This document shows, piece by piece, positions 26,205 through 36,093 of a DNA stretch of 64,000 nt. The stretch covers positions 1,035,679-1,099,678 of the forward strand of contig CP070684.1 of NCBI GenBank assembly GCA_020352775.1, written 5' to 3'. Within the stretch, counting starts at the first letter, position 1. Every line of letters begins with the position of its first letter. Source of the DNA: Candidatus Omnitrophota bacterium. GTDB lineage: Bacteria > Omnitrophota > Gorgyraeia > Duberdicusellales > 4484-171. Both the position numbers and the translations under genes were made by a program. The notes under the pieces are model-generated. The model ran no database searches and was not told where the DNA came from. It was given only the letters and a program-made list of their open reading frames with translations.

Positions 26205-27194
26205 ATGAAGACGTCAAAAAAGAGGCTAAAAACCATAATTTCCAAGTTCAAGAACAAGAATATTTTGGTTGTTGGAGACCTTATCCTAGACCACTATATT
26301 TTTGGAAAAGTTGAAAGAATCTCGCCCGAGGCCCCGGTTCCGGTGGTGTGGGCAAACAAGGAAGATTTCATGTGTGGTGGCGCAGCAAATGTAGGGGTTA
26401 ATCTTGTTGCATTAGGAGCAAAAACAAGTTTATGCGGAGTATTAGGCGATGATCACTTCGGGGGAGTGTTGACTTCGCTTGTAAAGAGAGGGAGGATTGA
26501 CCCCTCTTTAATCGTAAAAGATAAACACCGCCCCACTACCCTTAAAACAAGGATTATGGCTCATCATCAACAAGTGGTGAGAGTGGACTGGGAATCATTG
26601 GAATTTTTAAACTTAAATTTGAATAAACTAATTTTTGATAAAGTAAGGAAAAACATCAATAGATTTGACGCTATTATCATTGAAGATTATGGTAAAGGCG
26701 TAATTAATCCGGCATTGGTCGGAGAGTTGGTGGGGTTGGCCAAGAAAAAACACAAGATTATTACCGTGGACCCCAAAGAAGAGCACCTTGATTATTATGA
26801 GAATGTAACGGCATTAACGCCGAATTTAAAAGAAGCGCAAGTCGCGGCAGGAATGAAGGTGCGCAGTAAAGATGACCTTTCTCTTCTGGGCGATATTGTT
26901 ATGGAGAAATTGCGGCCTCAGGCACTGCTTATTACCCTGGGTGAAGATGGAATGATGCTTTTTGGCCCGGATAAAACCCAGCATATTCCCACTGCAGCAC
27001 TTGAGGTTTTTGATGTCTCAGGTGCCGGAGATACAGTGATTGCCGCTTTCACTTTGGCGTTAAGCTGTGGGGCAAGTTTTCTTGAGGCAGCATATATTGC
27101 TAATTTTGCCGCGGGAGTAGTGGTGGGCAAATTGGGTGCTGCCAGCGCTACTAAAAAAGAACTTCTACAAAGAATAAATGAGCACAATGTATAA
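26205..27194 (+). CDS. hldE: D-glycero-beta-D-manno-heptose-7-phosphate kinase (RfaE/HldE domain I only)
   Basis: ILVVGDLILDHYIFGKVERISPEAPVPVV…, a pfkB-type sugar kinase with DVSGAGDT. 329 aa, with no adenylyltransferase domain II. Confidence 0.75.
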   Translation: MKTSKKRLKTIISKFKNKNILVVGDLILDHYIFGKVERISPEAPVPVVWANKEDFMCGGAANVGVNLVALGAKTSLCGVLGDDHFGGVLTSLVKRGRIDPSLIVKDKHRPTTLKTRIMAHHQQVVRVDWESLEFLNLNLNKLIFDKVRKNINRFDAIIIEDYGKGVINPALVGELVGLAKKKHKIITVDPKEEHLDYYENVTALTPNLKEAQVAAGMKVRSKDDLSLLGDIVMEKLRPQALLITLGEDGMMLFGPDKTQHIPTAALEVFDVSGAGDTVIAAFTLALSCGASFLEAAYIANFAAGVVVGKLGAASATKKELLQRINEHNV

Positions 27195-27927
27195 CGTAAT
27201 AGGAGTAATTCCTGCACGCTACGCCTCTACCAGGCTTCCTTATAAATTGACAAAAAACATTCTTGGTAAGCCGTTGCTTCAATGGACATGGCAGAGTGCC
27301 TGCAGCGCGCATTCCTTAGATAAGATTCTCATTGCCTGTGATGATTCTTCACTTAAAGAGATGGCAGAAGGTTTTGGGGCAGAAGCAGTATTAACCTCAA
27401 GCGACCATACCTCTGGAACCGATAGAGTAGCAGAGGCAGTGAGTGAAATTGATGCTAGAGTGGTTATCAATATTCAGGCAGATGAACCCCTTATTCATCC
27501 TTCTGTCATAAACACTTTAGCCGAGGAGATGTTAGCCGATAGCAAACTTATGATGGGTACCGCAAGAAAGAAAATAGTTGAGGAGGATGAAATCAATAAC
27601 CCCAATGTGGTAAAGGTGGTAACCGATAAAGATGGATATGCTCTTTATTTTTCCCGTTTCCCAATTCCTTATCATAGAGAAGAGGTGGCTCAAAAACAAT
27701 ATGATAAGCATCTGGGGATATACGCTTACACTAAAGATTTTCTCTATGAGTTTAAAAATCTGCCTCCTTCATATTTAGAGCGGGCAGAAAAACTTGAACA
27801 GTTAAGGGCCTTGGAGGCAGGATATAAGATAAAAGTGATTGAGTCTCAATTTGATTCCTGGGGGGTTGACACTGAAGAAGATTTAAAGCATGTAGAAAAA
27901 ATATTGTCTGAAAGGGGATGCGCCTGA
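27178..27927 (+). CDS. kdsB: 3-deoxy-manno-octulosonate cytidylyltransferase (CMP-Kdo synthetase)
   Basis: VIGVIPARYASTRLPYKLTKNILGKPLLQW…IQADEPLI…. Confidence 0.85.
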   Translation: MSTMYNVIGVIPARYASTRLPYKLTKNILGKPLLQWTWQSACSAHSLDKILIACDDSSLKEMAEGFGAEAVLTSSDHTSGTDRVAEAVSEIDARVVINIQADEPLIHPSVINTLAEEMLADSKLMMGTARKKIVEEDEINNPNVVKVVTDKDGYALYFSRFPIPYHREEVAQKQYDKHLGIYAYTKDFLYEFKNLPPSYLERAEKLEQLRALEAGYKIKVIESQFDSWGVDTEEDLKHVEKILSERGCA

Positions 27928-27946
27928 GTGCGGGAGATAAAGAACT

Positions 27947-28735
27947 ATGAAAGAAAAGCATAAAGAATTTATCATTATTGCTGGTCCATGCGTGATCGAA
28001 AGCAAGAAGCTAACCATGGATATTGCCTCTTTTTTAAAAGATAAGCTTTCTTCTTATCCGGTTAAGTTTATTTTTAAGGCCAGTTTTGATAAGGCAAACC
28101 GCACTTCGCTTTATTCTTATAGGGGGCCAGGTCTGGTTAGAGGGCTTAAAGTATTAGAGGAAGTAAAGAAAAAGTATAAATTACCTATTTTAAGCGATGT
28201 GCATTGGCCTGCTCAGATAAAAATGGTTAAAGATGTTTTAGATGTAATTCAAATACCAGCGTTTTTAAGCCGACAGACAGATTTGATCATTGAAGCTGCT
28301 AAAACAAAGAAAACAGTAAATATCAAAAAGGGTCAATTCCTTGCTCCGGATGATGTACGCTATATCATTGAGAAGATAGAATCCACCGGAAACAAAAAAA
28401 TATTTATTACCGAGCGCGGGACGAGCTTTGGCTATCATAATCTCGTGGTCGATTTCAGGTCTTTTTTAATTATGAAAAAGTTAGGATACCCGGTAATTTT
28501 TGATGCTACCCATTCGGTGCAAAGGCCTTCGGCAGAGCCGGGGGTTTCCGGGGGAGACAGGGAGTTTGTTGATTCTTTGATTTGTGCTGCGGCTGCCTGC
28601 GAAGTGGATGGAATATTTATAGAGGTCCACCCTAAGCCCGAAGTAGCATTATCAGATAAACATACTTCCTATCCATTGCAAAAAGTAGAAAGATTGATTA
28701 AGAGAGTATTACAAATAAGAAAGGCGATACAATGA
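27947..28735 (+). CDS. kdsA: 2-dehydro-3-deoxyphosphooctonate aldolase (Kdo-8-P synthase)
   Basis: IIAGPCVIES…FKASFDKANRTS…GPG…LSDVH…IPAFLSRQTDL…DATHSVQ. Confidence 0.9.
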   Translation: MKEKHKEFIIIAGPCVIESKKLTMDIASFLKDKLSSYPVKFIFKASFDKANRTSLYSYRGPGLVRGLKVLEEVKKKYKLPILSDVHWPAQIKMVKDVLDVIQIPAFLSRQTDLIIEAAKTKKTVNIKKGQFLAPDDVRYIIEKIESTGNKKIFITERGTSFGYHNLVVDFRSFLIMKKLGYPVIFDATHSVQRPSAEPGVSGGDREFVDSLICAAAACEVDGIFIEVHPKPEVALSDKHTSYPLQKVERLIKRVLQIRKAIQ

Positions 28736-29712
28736 AGCATTTGAAGAAAACAGATGTTTTGTATTGGGCTAAAGAGGTGCTTGAAATCGAAGCCGAAGGA
28801 ATAAAAAGCCTTACCCAGAGCCTGAACGCAGACTTTTTAAAAGCAATTGAGGTCATGGCGCATTGTAAGGGTAGAATCGTAGTAACAGGAATGGGCAAGG
28901 CAGGAATCATCGGCCAGAAATTCTCCGCCACTCTTTCATCTACTGGCACATCTAGTTTTTGGCTGCATGCTGCAGAGGCAGTGCACGGTGATTTAGGAAG
29001 AATTAAGGAAGACGATGTGATTATTGTGCTTTCTTACAGCGGAGAAACCGAAGAGGTAAGAAACCTTATTCCTTTCATAGAAAAAATCGGAGCAAAGATA
29101 GTCGCCGTAACCGGTAACAGCAAATCAAGCCTTGCGCGCTATGCTGACAGCGTGATAGCAGTAAAGGTTGATAAGGAAGCCTGCGCCTTGGGATTAGCGC
29201 CTACTACTTCAACCACAGCGATGCTTGCCATAACCGATGCAATGTCGGTGATATTAATGAAAATAAAAGGATTCAAGGAGAAGGATTTTGCCTTTTTTCA
29301 TCCCCGTGGTTCTTTGGGTCGTAAACTCCTTCTTAAAGTAAAAGATATTATGAGGAAAGGCAAGTTTAACCCCGTAGTCAGTGGCGATACTTTCGTAAAA
29401 GACGTACTGGTTAAAATTACTTCCTCTCATGCCGGGGCAGCGGTGATCGTAGATGCTCAAGGTAAATTAGTAGGAATATTTACCGACGGTGATTTAAGAA
29501 GGAATTTAGAGAGCCATCCCAATCTTCTTAAGAAGAAAGTGGGGTTGGTTATGACCAAAAATCCTACGGTGGTAAAAGATACTGATTTAGCCTCTGGTGC
29601 CTTAAAGGTTCTTGAGACAAAGAAAATAGATGAAGTTCCGGTAGTAGATAAAGATTATCGCCCGGTAGGTATGCTTGATGTACAGGATTTGATTGCGGCA
29701 GGAATCATTTAG
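28732..29712 (+). CDS. kdsD: arabinose-5-phosphate isomerase (SIS + tandem CBS)
   Basis: SIS domain GRIVVTGMGKAGIIGQKF…SYSGETEE, and C-terminal CBS pairs. Overlaps kdsA by 4 nt. Confidence 0.85.
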   Translation: MKHLKKTDVLYWAKEVLEIEAEGIKSLTQSLNADFLKAIEVMAHCKGRIVVTGMGKAGIIGQKFSATLSSTGTSSFWLHAAEAVHGDLGRIKEDDVIIVLSYSGETEEVRNLIPFIEKIGAKIVAVTGNSKSSLARYADSVIAVKVDKEACALGLAPTTSTTAMLAITDAMSVILMKIKGFKEKDFAFFHPRGSLGRKLLLKVKDIMRKGKFNPVVSGDTFVKDVLVKITSSHAGAAVIVDAQGKLVGIFTDGDLRRNLESHPNLLKKKVGLVMTKNPTVVKDTDLASGALKVLETKKIDEVPVVDKDYRPVGMLDVQDLIAAGII

Positions 29713-29717
29713 AGAAC

Positions 29718-30251
29718 ATGAAAAAAGATATTAAGAGTTTATTTAAGAAAGTCAAACTTTTGATTCTGGATGTTGATGGGGTACTTACCAAGGGAGAAAT
29801 TATTTATGATGATACGGGAAGAGAATTGAAAATATTCAATGTAAAGGACGGGTTAGGTATTTATCTTTTAAGCCGGGTAGGGATTAAGACGATTTTATTG
29901 AGCGCAAGAGACGGCTCAGTGATACGTAAGCGCGCCAAAGACATGAGTGTGGCAGAGGTAATTGCAGGGATTCTACCTAAAGAGAAAAACCTTGAGCGTA
30001 TCAAGAATTCTTATAAGGTTAAAACCGCAGAGATTTGTTTTGTAGGCGATGACCTTATCGATCTGGAATTGATGAAGAGAGTGGGCCTTGCGGTTGCAGT
30101 CAAAGACGCACCGCAATCTCTGCGAAGAGTCGCCCATTATGTTACTTCTAACCGCGGCGGAGAAGGCGCAGTAAGAGAAGTAGTTGATTTGGTTCTGGGT
30201 GCTCAGGGTTTGTTAAAAAAAGTAGAGCAGATATTAAAGGCGCCGCGTTAA
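29718..30251 (+). CDS. kdsC: Kdo-8-phosphate phosphatase (HAD superfamily)
   Basis: LLILDVDGVLTKGEIIYDDTGRELKIFNVKDG…FVGDDLIDL. Confidence 0.8.
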   Translation: MKKDIKSLFKKVKLLILDVDGVLTKGEIIYDDTGRELKIFNVKDGLGIYLLSRVGIKTILLSARDGSVIRKRAKDMSVAEVIAGILPKEKNLERIKNSYKVKTAEICFVGDDLIDLELMKRVGLAVAVKDAPQSLRRVAHYVTSNRGGEGAVREVVDLVLGAQGLLKKVEQILKAPR

Positions 30252-30318
30252 TTTTAAATATCTAGCTTTGAATAAGTTAGAGTTTAGTTGACTTTGAGGT
30301 CTATTTTGATATATTAAT

Positions 30319-31047
30319 ATGTTTTTCAATAGATATTTAATACTGCTCATAGTTTTTGTATGTAGTTTTTCCACCAAAGCTCATTGTGGTCGAACAATTA
30401 AAGATTTCTATCTTTCGGACTGTACTGAAGACGGCGTGCGTGAGTGGGAGCTAAAGGGAGACAGCGCTATTGTTGGCAATGAATACGTAGATATCGACAA
30501 GATGGATGCGACTTATTTTTCCAGTGAGGACACGATTAAAGTAAAGTCCCAGAAAGCAAAAATAGACAGAAAAAGCATGGATGTGCAATTAGAAAATGAT
30601 GTTTGTGTGGAAACCGAGGGCGGAATCAAGCTCATTACCGATTCTTTATGCTGGCAGAGAAACGACGATCTTGTGGAGACCGAAGATTGGGTAGAAGTCC
30701 AGAGAGATACGGCACAGATAAAAGCCAGGGGTTTATATGCCGATACCAACTTTAAAAATGTTTGTTTCAAGAAAGACGTAGAGGGAGTATTTATGGGTGA
30801 AGAAAAAAACGATGTAATTACAATCAATTGCATTGGGCCTTTAGAGGTACAATACAATGAGGGCAAAGCTGTGTTTTATAACAACGTAGAGGTTCAAAAA
30901 GAGGAAGGCAGATTGTGTTCTGATAAAGCGATTGTTTTCTTTGATGATGAAGCAAAAAAAATCAGAAAGATTGTTTCTGAAGGTAATGTGAAGATGGTTA
31001 GGGACGGTGATATTGCCTTTGGCGAAGAAGGCAGCTTATTTGATTAA
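30319..31047 (+). CDS. lptC: LptC/LptA-family (OstA-like) LPS transport protein with N-terminal membrane anchor
   Basis: Position between kdsC and lptB matches kdsD-kdsC-lptC-lptA-lptB. N-terminal TM helix, beta-rich remainder. Sequence alone cannot separate LptC from LptA. Confidence 0.5.
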   Translation: MFFNRYLILLIVFVCSFSTKAHCGRTIKDFYLSDCTEDGVREWELKGDSAIVGNEYVDIDKMDATYFSSEDTIKVKSQKAKIDRKSMDVQLENDVCVETEGGIKLITDSLCWQRNDDLVETEDWVEVQRDTAQIKARGLYADTNFKNVCFKKDVEGVFMGEEKNDVITINCIGPLEVQYNEGKAVFYNNVEVQKEEGRLCSDKAIVFFDDEAKKIRKIVSEGNVKMVRDGDIAFGEEGSLFD

Positions 31048-31062
31048 AATATAAGGATAAAG

Positions 31063-31785
31063 ATGAAGCTACTTGAAGTTCATAGTTTAGTCAAAGCCTA
31101 CAATGGGAAACCCGTAGTAAGAGGAGTATCGCTTTCAGTAAAGAGAGGGGAAGTAGTAGGGTTACTGGGTCCCAATGGTGCAGGAAAGACCACTACCTTT
31201 TATATGATTGTAGGTGTTATTGCTCCTGATGAAGGAAGCATTCTTTTCGATAATCAGGATTTAACACATATGCCCATTCATGTTAGGGCGCGATACGGAA
31301 TAGGATATCTTTCTCAGGAACCGTCGGTTTTTCGAAAACTCTCCGTGGAAGAAAATATAAGAGCGGTTTTAGAGACTCTTCCTCTTTCCAAAGCAGAACG
31401 GGCGCGCCGCCTGGAAGAGTTGTTGGAGGAGCTGGGTATTTCACATCTAAGAAAGAACAAAGCCTATACCTTAAGCGGAGGAGAGACGCGTCGTTTGGAG
31501 ATTACCCGGGCTTTGGTGACCAATCCTTCTTTTCTTCTTTTGGACGAACCCTTCTCAGGCATAGATCCGATCGTGGTAGGAGAAGCAAAAGAAATTATTG
31601 CTGATCTTAAAAGTAAGGGTATCGGGGTATTGGTGACTGACCATAATGTGAGAGAGACGCTTTCTATAACCGATAGAGCGTATTTGATTGCGGAGGGTAG
31701 AATTCTTATTTCAGGTACCTCTTCTGATTTGATAAGTAATTCTAAGGCTAGAGAGATTTATTTAGGTAAAGATTTTAAAATGTAG
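31063..31785 (+). CDS. lptB: LPS export ABC transporter ATP-binding protein
   Basis: Walker A GPNGAGKTT, signature LSGGETRRLEITRAL, Walker B LLLDEPFSGIDP. Confidence 0.85.
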   Translation: MKLLEVHSLVKAYNGKPVVRGVSLSVKRGEVVGLLGPNGAGKTTTFYMIVGVIAPDEGSILFDNQDLTHMPIHVRARYGIGYLSQEPSVFRKLSVEENIRAVLETLPLSKAERARRLEELLEELGISHLRKNKAYTLSGGETRRLEITRALVTNPSFLLLDEPFSGIDPIVVGEAKEIIADLKSKGIGVLVTDHNVRETLSITDRAYLIAEGRILISGTSSDLISNSKAREIYLGKDFKM

Positions 31786-31794
31786 TGAGGGTCA

Positions 31795-32682
31795 ATGAAA
31801 GTAGAAGTCAAAAAGGTTGATAAGCTAAAAAGGGCAATAAAAGTAGATATCGAAGGCGAAGCGTTCTTAAAGGAAAAAAAAGAAGCCTTTTGCGAGATAG
31901 GCAAAAACCTTAAAACTCCGGGGTTTCGGCCCGGAAAAGTTCCTTTAGAGCAACTCCAAAAACATCACGGCAAGGCGCTAAAGGAAGAGTTTTTAAAACA
32001 AGCCCTGCCTCTTTATTATCAAAGGGCGTTAGAGGAGCATAAGCTTTTAGCAGTAGGATTTCCCCGCATTTATGATGTGGAGTTATCTGATGAGCGCTTG
32101 AGCTTTTGCGCTGAGTTTGAAATAAAACCGGAGCTGGACATAAAAGAAACGGATTATAAGGGCCTGAAGCTAAAGGATAAAGATGCTACGGTAGAAGAAA
32201 TTGAGATTGAGAAAGTAATAACCAACATTAAAGAGGGGATAAAAAAAGTATCCCAAAAAGACTTAGCTGACCAAGATTTGTCTAAATGGGCAGGGTATCC
32301 CAGTGTAGCGAGGTTAAGGGAGGCGATAGGCGCCGAACTTATGGTTGAGAAGCTAAGGACAAGAAAACAAGAAATTGAAAATCAGGTTGTGCGTCAATTC
32401 TTAAAAAACATAAAGTTTGATCTTCCTCAAAGCGTGGTAGAAAGACACCATAAAGAGTTAGTTGAAAGAGAAATATATAATTTAAGAATGCAAGGGGTTG
32501 CCCAGGATGATATCGATAAGTATAAAAAAGAGGTTGAGAATAAAACACAATCCCTGGCAGAAGATGAGGTGAAACTATTTTTTATCTTGGAAGCAATCGC
32601 CAAGAAAGAAGATATAAAAATAGAAAGAAATTTGAGAGATGTTGTGTTAGGATTTATCTTAAGCTGTGCTGAGTATCAATGA
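31795..32682 (+). CDS. tig: trigger factor lacking the central PPIase (FKBP) domain and the extreme C-terminus
   Basis: Ribosome-binding signature GFRPGKVP in the N-domain. The N-domain end (…[11 protein letters not shown]…) joins directly to C-domain-like sequence (…[30 protein letters not shown]…). 295 aa against ~430 typical. clpP follows. Confidence 0.75.
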   Translation: MKVEVKKVDKLKRAIKVDIEGEAFLKEKKEAFCEIGKNLKTPGFRPGKVPLEQLQKHHGKALKEEFLKQALPLYYQRALEEHKLLAVGFPRIYDVELSDERLSFCAEFEIKPELDIKETDYKGLKLKDKDATVEEIEIEKVITNIKEGIKKVSQKDLADQDLSKWAGYPSVARLREAIGAELMVEKLRTRKQEIENQVVRQFLKNIKFDLPQSVVERHHKELVEREIYNLRMQGVAQDDIDKYKKEVENKTQSLAEDEVKLFFILEAIAKKEDIKIERNLRDVVLGFILSCAEYQ

Positions 32683-32698
32683 TCTAAGGGAGGAGGGA

Positions 32699-33298
32699 AT
32701 GATGAAAAATCAAATGTATGTTCCAATGGTGATTGAGCAGACCGGAAGAGTAGAGCGGGCTTATGATATTTATTCCCGGCTTCTTAAGGACCGCATAATT
32801 TTTATCGGTACTCCTATTGATGATGCTGTGGCTAACGTTGTAATTGCGCAGATGTTATTTTTGCAGATGGAAGATGTCAGCAAGGATATTAATATCTATG
32901 TTAATTCACCGGGCGGAATCATTACCGCTGGTTTAGCTATTTACGATACAATGCAATTTGTAAAATGCGATGTGGCAACTTACTGCGTGGGGCAAGCTTC
33001 TTCCATGGGGGCAGTCCTGCTTTGTGCCGGTGCCAAAGGTAAAAGATTTACTTTACCTAATTCTAGAATCATGATTCATCAGCCTTGGGGAGGAGTTCAG
33101 GGGAGTGCCGAAGATATTTCCAGACAAGCAAAGGAGATTTTAAAATTACGAGAAAAAGTAAACGATATTTTGAGTGAGCATACCGGTCAGTCTCTGGATA
33201 AAGTAAAAGTAGATACAGACCGGGATTATTTCATGAGCTCCCAAGAAGCAAAAGAATACGGCTTGGTAGACGAAGTAATTGTTCCTGAAAAAAAATAA
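32699..33298 (+). CDS. clpP: ATP-dependent Clp protease proteolytic subunit
   Basis: [30 protein letters not shown]…INSPGG…DTMQF…VGQASSMGA…RIMIHQP. The start is taken at ATG 32699 behind a GGGAGGAGGG RBS. The track start 32666 would overlap tig. Confidence 0.9.
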   Translation: MMKNQMYVPMVIEQTGRVERAYDIYSRLLKDRIIFIGTPIDDAVANVVIAQMLFLQMEDVSKDINIYVNSPGGIITAGLAIYDTMQFVKCDVATYCVGQASSMGAVLLCAGAKGKRFTLPNSRIMIHQPWGGVQGSAEDISRQAKEILKLREKVNDILSEHTGQSLDKVKVDTDRDYFMSSQEAKEYGLVDEVIVPEKK

Positions 33299-33332
33299 TT
33301 AAAATTTAACACTTTAAAGAAAGGGGGATAGG

Positions 33333-34466
33333 ATGAAACGGAAGTATTTAATGACCCCAGGACCATCGCCAGTTCCTTCATTTGTGAGAGAGGCGCTCTC
33401 ACGTGAAATACTTCATCATCGTACAGATGAGTTTAGAGCAATATTAAAAGAAGCGCATGAGGGTCTTAAATACGTATTCTGTACACAGAACCCCGTTTTA
33501 GTGTTAGCCTCATCCGGCACCGGAGCAATGGAAGCTGCGGTGAGTAATCTTTTTTCTCCCAAGGATAAAGTCATAGCAATATCTGGAGGAAAATTCGGCC
33601 AGCGTTGGGCAGATATTGGCAAAGCCATGGGTTTAGATGTGATCGAGATGAATATTGAATGGGGAACTGCTCCTTCGGTTGAGGGGCTAAAAAGTCTCCT
33701 CGATAAGAATAAAGGAGTAAAAGCAGTACTTACCACTCTTTGTGAAACCTCAACTGCTACGGTCTATGATATTGAGGCAATCGCTAAGCTTACCAAAGAA
33801 AAGGATGCGCTTTTAGTAGTAGATGCGATAAGTGGTTTGGGCCAAGATAGACTTCTTACTGATGAATGGGGAGTGGATGTAGTGGTGAGCGGTTCGCAAA
33901 AAGGTTTTATGCTTCCCCCAGGCCTAGCTTTTATTAGTGTAAACAAAAGAGCGCAGGAGCTTATGAATAGTTCTGGGCTACCGAAATATTATTTTAACTT
34001 AAAGAAAGCCTTAAAGAGCTATGAGAAAGACGATACTCCTTATACTCCCGCAGTATCGCTTGTAGTTGGGCTTGGTGAAGCACTTAAATATATTAAGGAA
34101 GAAGGGATCCAGAAGCGCTGGGAAAGATTTGAGAAGATGGCAGCTGCTACGCAAGAAGCAGCAAAAGCTTTGGGTCTTGAGCTTTTTTCACAAAGGCCAT
34201 CTAGCTCGGCAACTGCGATTTCAGTTCCATCTTCAATAAAATCTACTGATATTGTGAAAAAGATGCGCAAAGAATACGGGATAAGCATTGCCGCCGGCCA
34301 GGATGACGTCAAAGATAAGATTATTCGTATTGCGCATATGGGTTGGATTAATGAACAGGATTTAATGATGTGTTTTTCACTCTTAGAGAAAGCATTAAAT
34401 GATTTAGGGCATAAATTTAAAGCAGGAGCATCAGTAGCCAGATTACAGGAGGTTTTATATGGTTAA
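33333..34466 (+). CDS. serC: class-V aminotransferase (phosphoserine / serine-glyoxylate aminotransferase-like)
   Basis: YLMTPGPSPVPSFVREAL…HRTDEFRAILKE…SGTGAMEAAVSNL…VVSGSQKGFMLPPGLAF (PLP-lysine context). Directly upstream of serA. Confidence 0.7.
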   Translation: MKRKYLMTPGPSPVPSFVREALSREILHHRTDEFRAILKEAHEGLKYVFCTQNPVLVLASSGTGAMEAAVSNLFSPKDKVIAISGGKFGQRWADIGKAMGLDVIEMNIEWGTAPSVEGLKSLLDKNKGVKAVLTTLCETSTATVYDIEAIAKLTKEKDALLVVDAISGLGQDRLLTDEWGVDVVVSGSQKGFMLPPGLAFISVNKRAQELMNSSGLPKYYFNLKKALKSYEKDDTPYTPAVSLVVGLGEALKYIKEEGIQKRWERFEKMAAATQEAAKALGLELFSQRPSSSATAISVPSSIKSTDIVKKMRKEYGISIAAGQDDVKDKIIRIAHMGWINEQDLMMCFSLLEKALNDLGHKFKAGASVARLQEVLYG

Positions 34467-36039
34467 AATACTTGTGGCTGATAAACTATCTGATGAAGGT
34501 GTAAAGATTCTACAGAATGCAGGCTTTAGTGTAGATTGTAAATATAAATTACCTCCTGAAGAGTTAAAGAAAATAATTGGCCAATATCAGGGAATCGCTA
34601 TTCGTAGTACAACCAAGCTCACCAAAGACATTATCGGGGCAGCAGACAATTTAAAAATTATCGGCCGAGCCGGAGTTGGTTTAGATAACGTTGATGTCGA
34701 AGCAGCGACCAAGAAGGGGGTAATCGTAATGAATGCTCCCGGCGGAAATACTATTTCTACTTGTGAGCATGCCCTCGCCCTTATGCTTGCGGTAGCAAGA
34801 AATGTTCCCTTTGCTCACGCCTCTCTTAAAAATAATGAGTGGGAGAGAAATAAATTTAAAGGCATTGAGCTTTATTCAAAAGTATTAGGGGTTGTTGGTT
34901 TGGGTAGAATCGGAAAAGAGGTGGCCAAACGCGCCCTTTCGTTTGGAATGGAAGTATTGACTTATGACCCCTTTATTTCGGAGGAAGTAGCGCAAATGCT
35001 GGGTATAAAACTTGCTTCTTTGGAAGAGATTCTAAAAGCAGCTGATTTCATTACGGTTCATACCCCATTAACCGCCGAAACCAAGGATTTAATTTCTGAT
35101 AAAGAATTTTCTATGATGAAGCCCAAGGCGTTTGTAGTTAATTGTGCCCGCGGTGGAATCATTAATGAAGATGCGCTCTATAGAGCTTTAAAAGAGAAAA
35201 AAATAGCAGGGGCCGCACTCGATGTTTTTAGCGAAGAACCGCCCAAGGGTTCTAAACTGCTGGAATTGGATAATATTGTGCTCACCCCGCACCTGGGAGC
35301 TTCTACTGAAGAGGCACAGGTTAATGTTGCAATTGAAATCGCCCACTGCATGAAGGATGCTCTTTTAGGTAAAGCAATACGTAATGCCGTAAACTACGTT
35401 CAGATGGATCCCGAGACATATAAGATCATTGAGCCTTATTTTCAGCTTGCAGAGAAGATGGGTAAATTCATTTCACAGTTGGCTAAAGGTGGAGTTAAAG
35501 AAATACGGTTATTCTATTTAGGGGAGATTTCTTCCTATAAAGTTGATGTGTTAGGAGCAGCGTTTGTAAAAGGATTCCTTGCCAATCAACTCGAAGAAGA
35601 CCTAAATTACATCAATGCTTTAGAAGTCGCTAAGGCACGTGGAGTTAAGGTAGAGCAGATAAAGATTAGGGAAGAAGAAGAGTATGTAAATTCTATTAGA
35701 GTAAAAATCATTACCGATAAAGAGGAGAGGTTGTTGGAAGGAACTCTTTTTGCCAACCGCGAAGCTCGTTTTGTAAAGATGGATGATGTTTATATTGAGA
35801 TTGCACCCAGCGAGCATATGATGGTAATCAACAATCAGGATAAGCCTGGTGTGGTGGGATTTGTAGGCACCTCGCTTGGTTCTCATAAGATAAACATTGC
35901 CGGTATGAGTCTGGGAAGAAAAGCGCCACAGGGCATTGCAGTTACGATTTTTAATTTAGACAATCCTTTGACCGAGGCAGTGAAGAAAGAAATTTCTTCT
36001 AATCCCAATATTGTTTCCTTAACACCCGTAAAATTATAA
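34459..36039 (+). CDS. serA: D-3-phosphoglycerate dehydrogenase (with C-terminal ACT domain)
   Basis: VLGVVGLGRIGKEVAKRA (NAD-binding)…NCARGGIINEDAL…TPHLGAST, 526 aa. Overlaps serC by 8 nt. Confidence 0.85.
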   Translation: MVKILVADKLSDEGVKILQNAGFSVDCKYKLPPEELKKIIGQYQGIAIRSTTKLTKDIIGAADNLKIIGRAGVGLDNVDVEAATKKGVIVMNAPGGNTISTCEHALALMLAVARNVPFAHASLKNNEWERNKFKGIELYSKVLGVVGLGRIGKEVAKRALSFGMEVLTYDPFISEEVAQMLGIKLASLEEILKAADFITVHTPLTAETKDLISDKEFSMMKPKAFVVNCARGGIINEDALYRALKEKKIAGAALDVFSEEPPKGSKLLELDNIVLTPHLGASTEEAQVNVAIEIAHCMKDALLGKAIRNAVNYVQMDPETYKIIEPYFQLAEKMGKFISQLAKGGVKEIRLFYLGEISSYKVDVLGAAFVKGFLANQLEEDLNYINALEVAKARGVKVEQIKIREEEEYVNSIRVKIITDKEERLLEGTLFANREARFVKMDDVYIEIAPSEHMMVINNQDKPGVVGFVGTSLGSHKINIAGMSLGRKAPQGIAVTIFNLDNPLTEAVKKEISSNPNIVSLTPVKL

Positions 36040-36093
36040 AGCAAAGATAAAAAGGGCATAGATTGCCTGGATAGATATAAAAAGGGGGATTTT

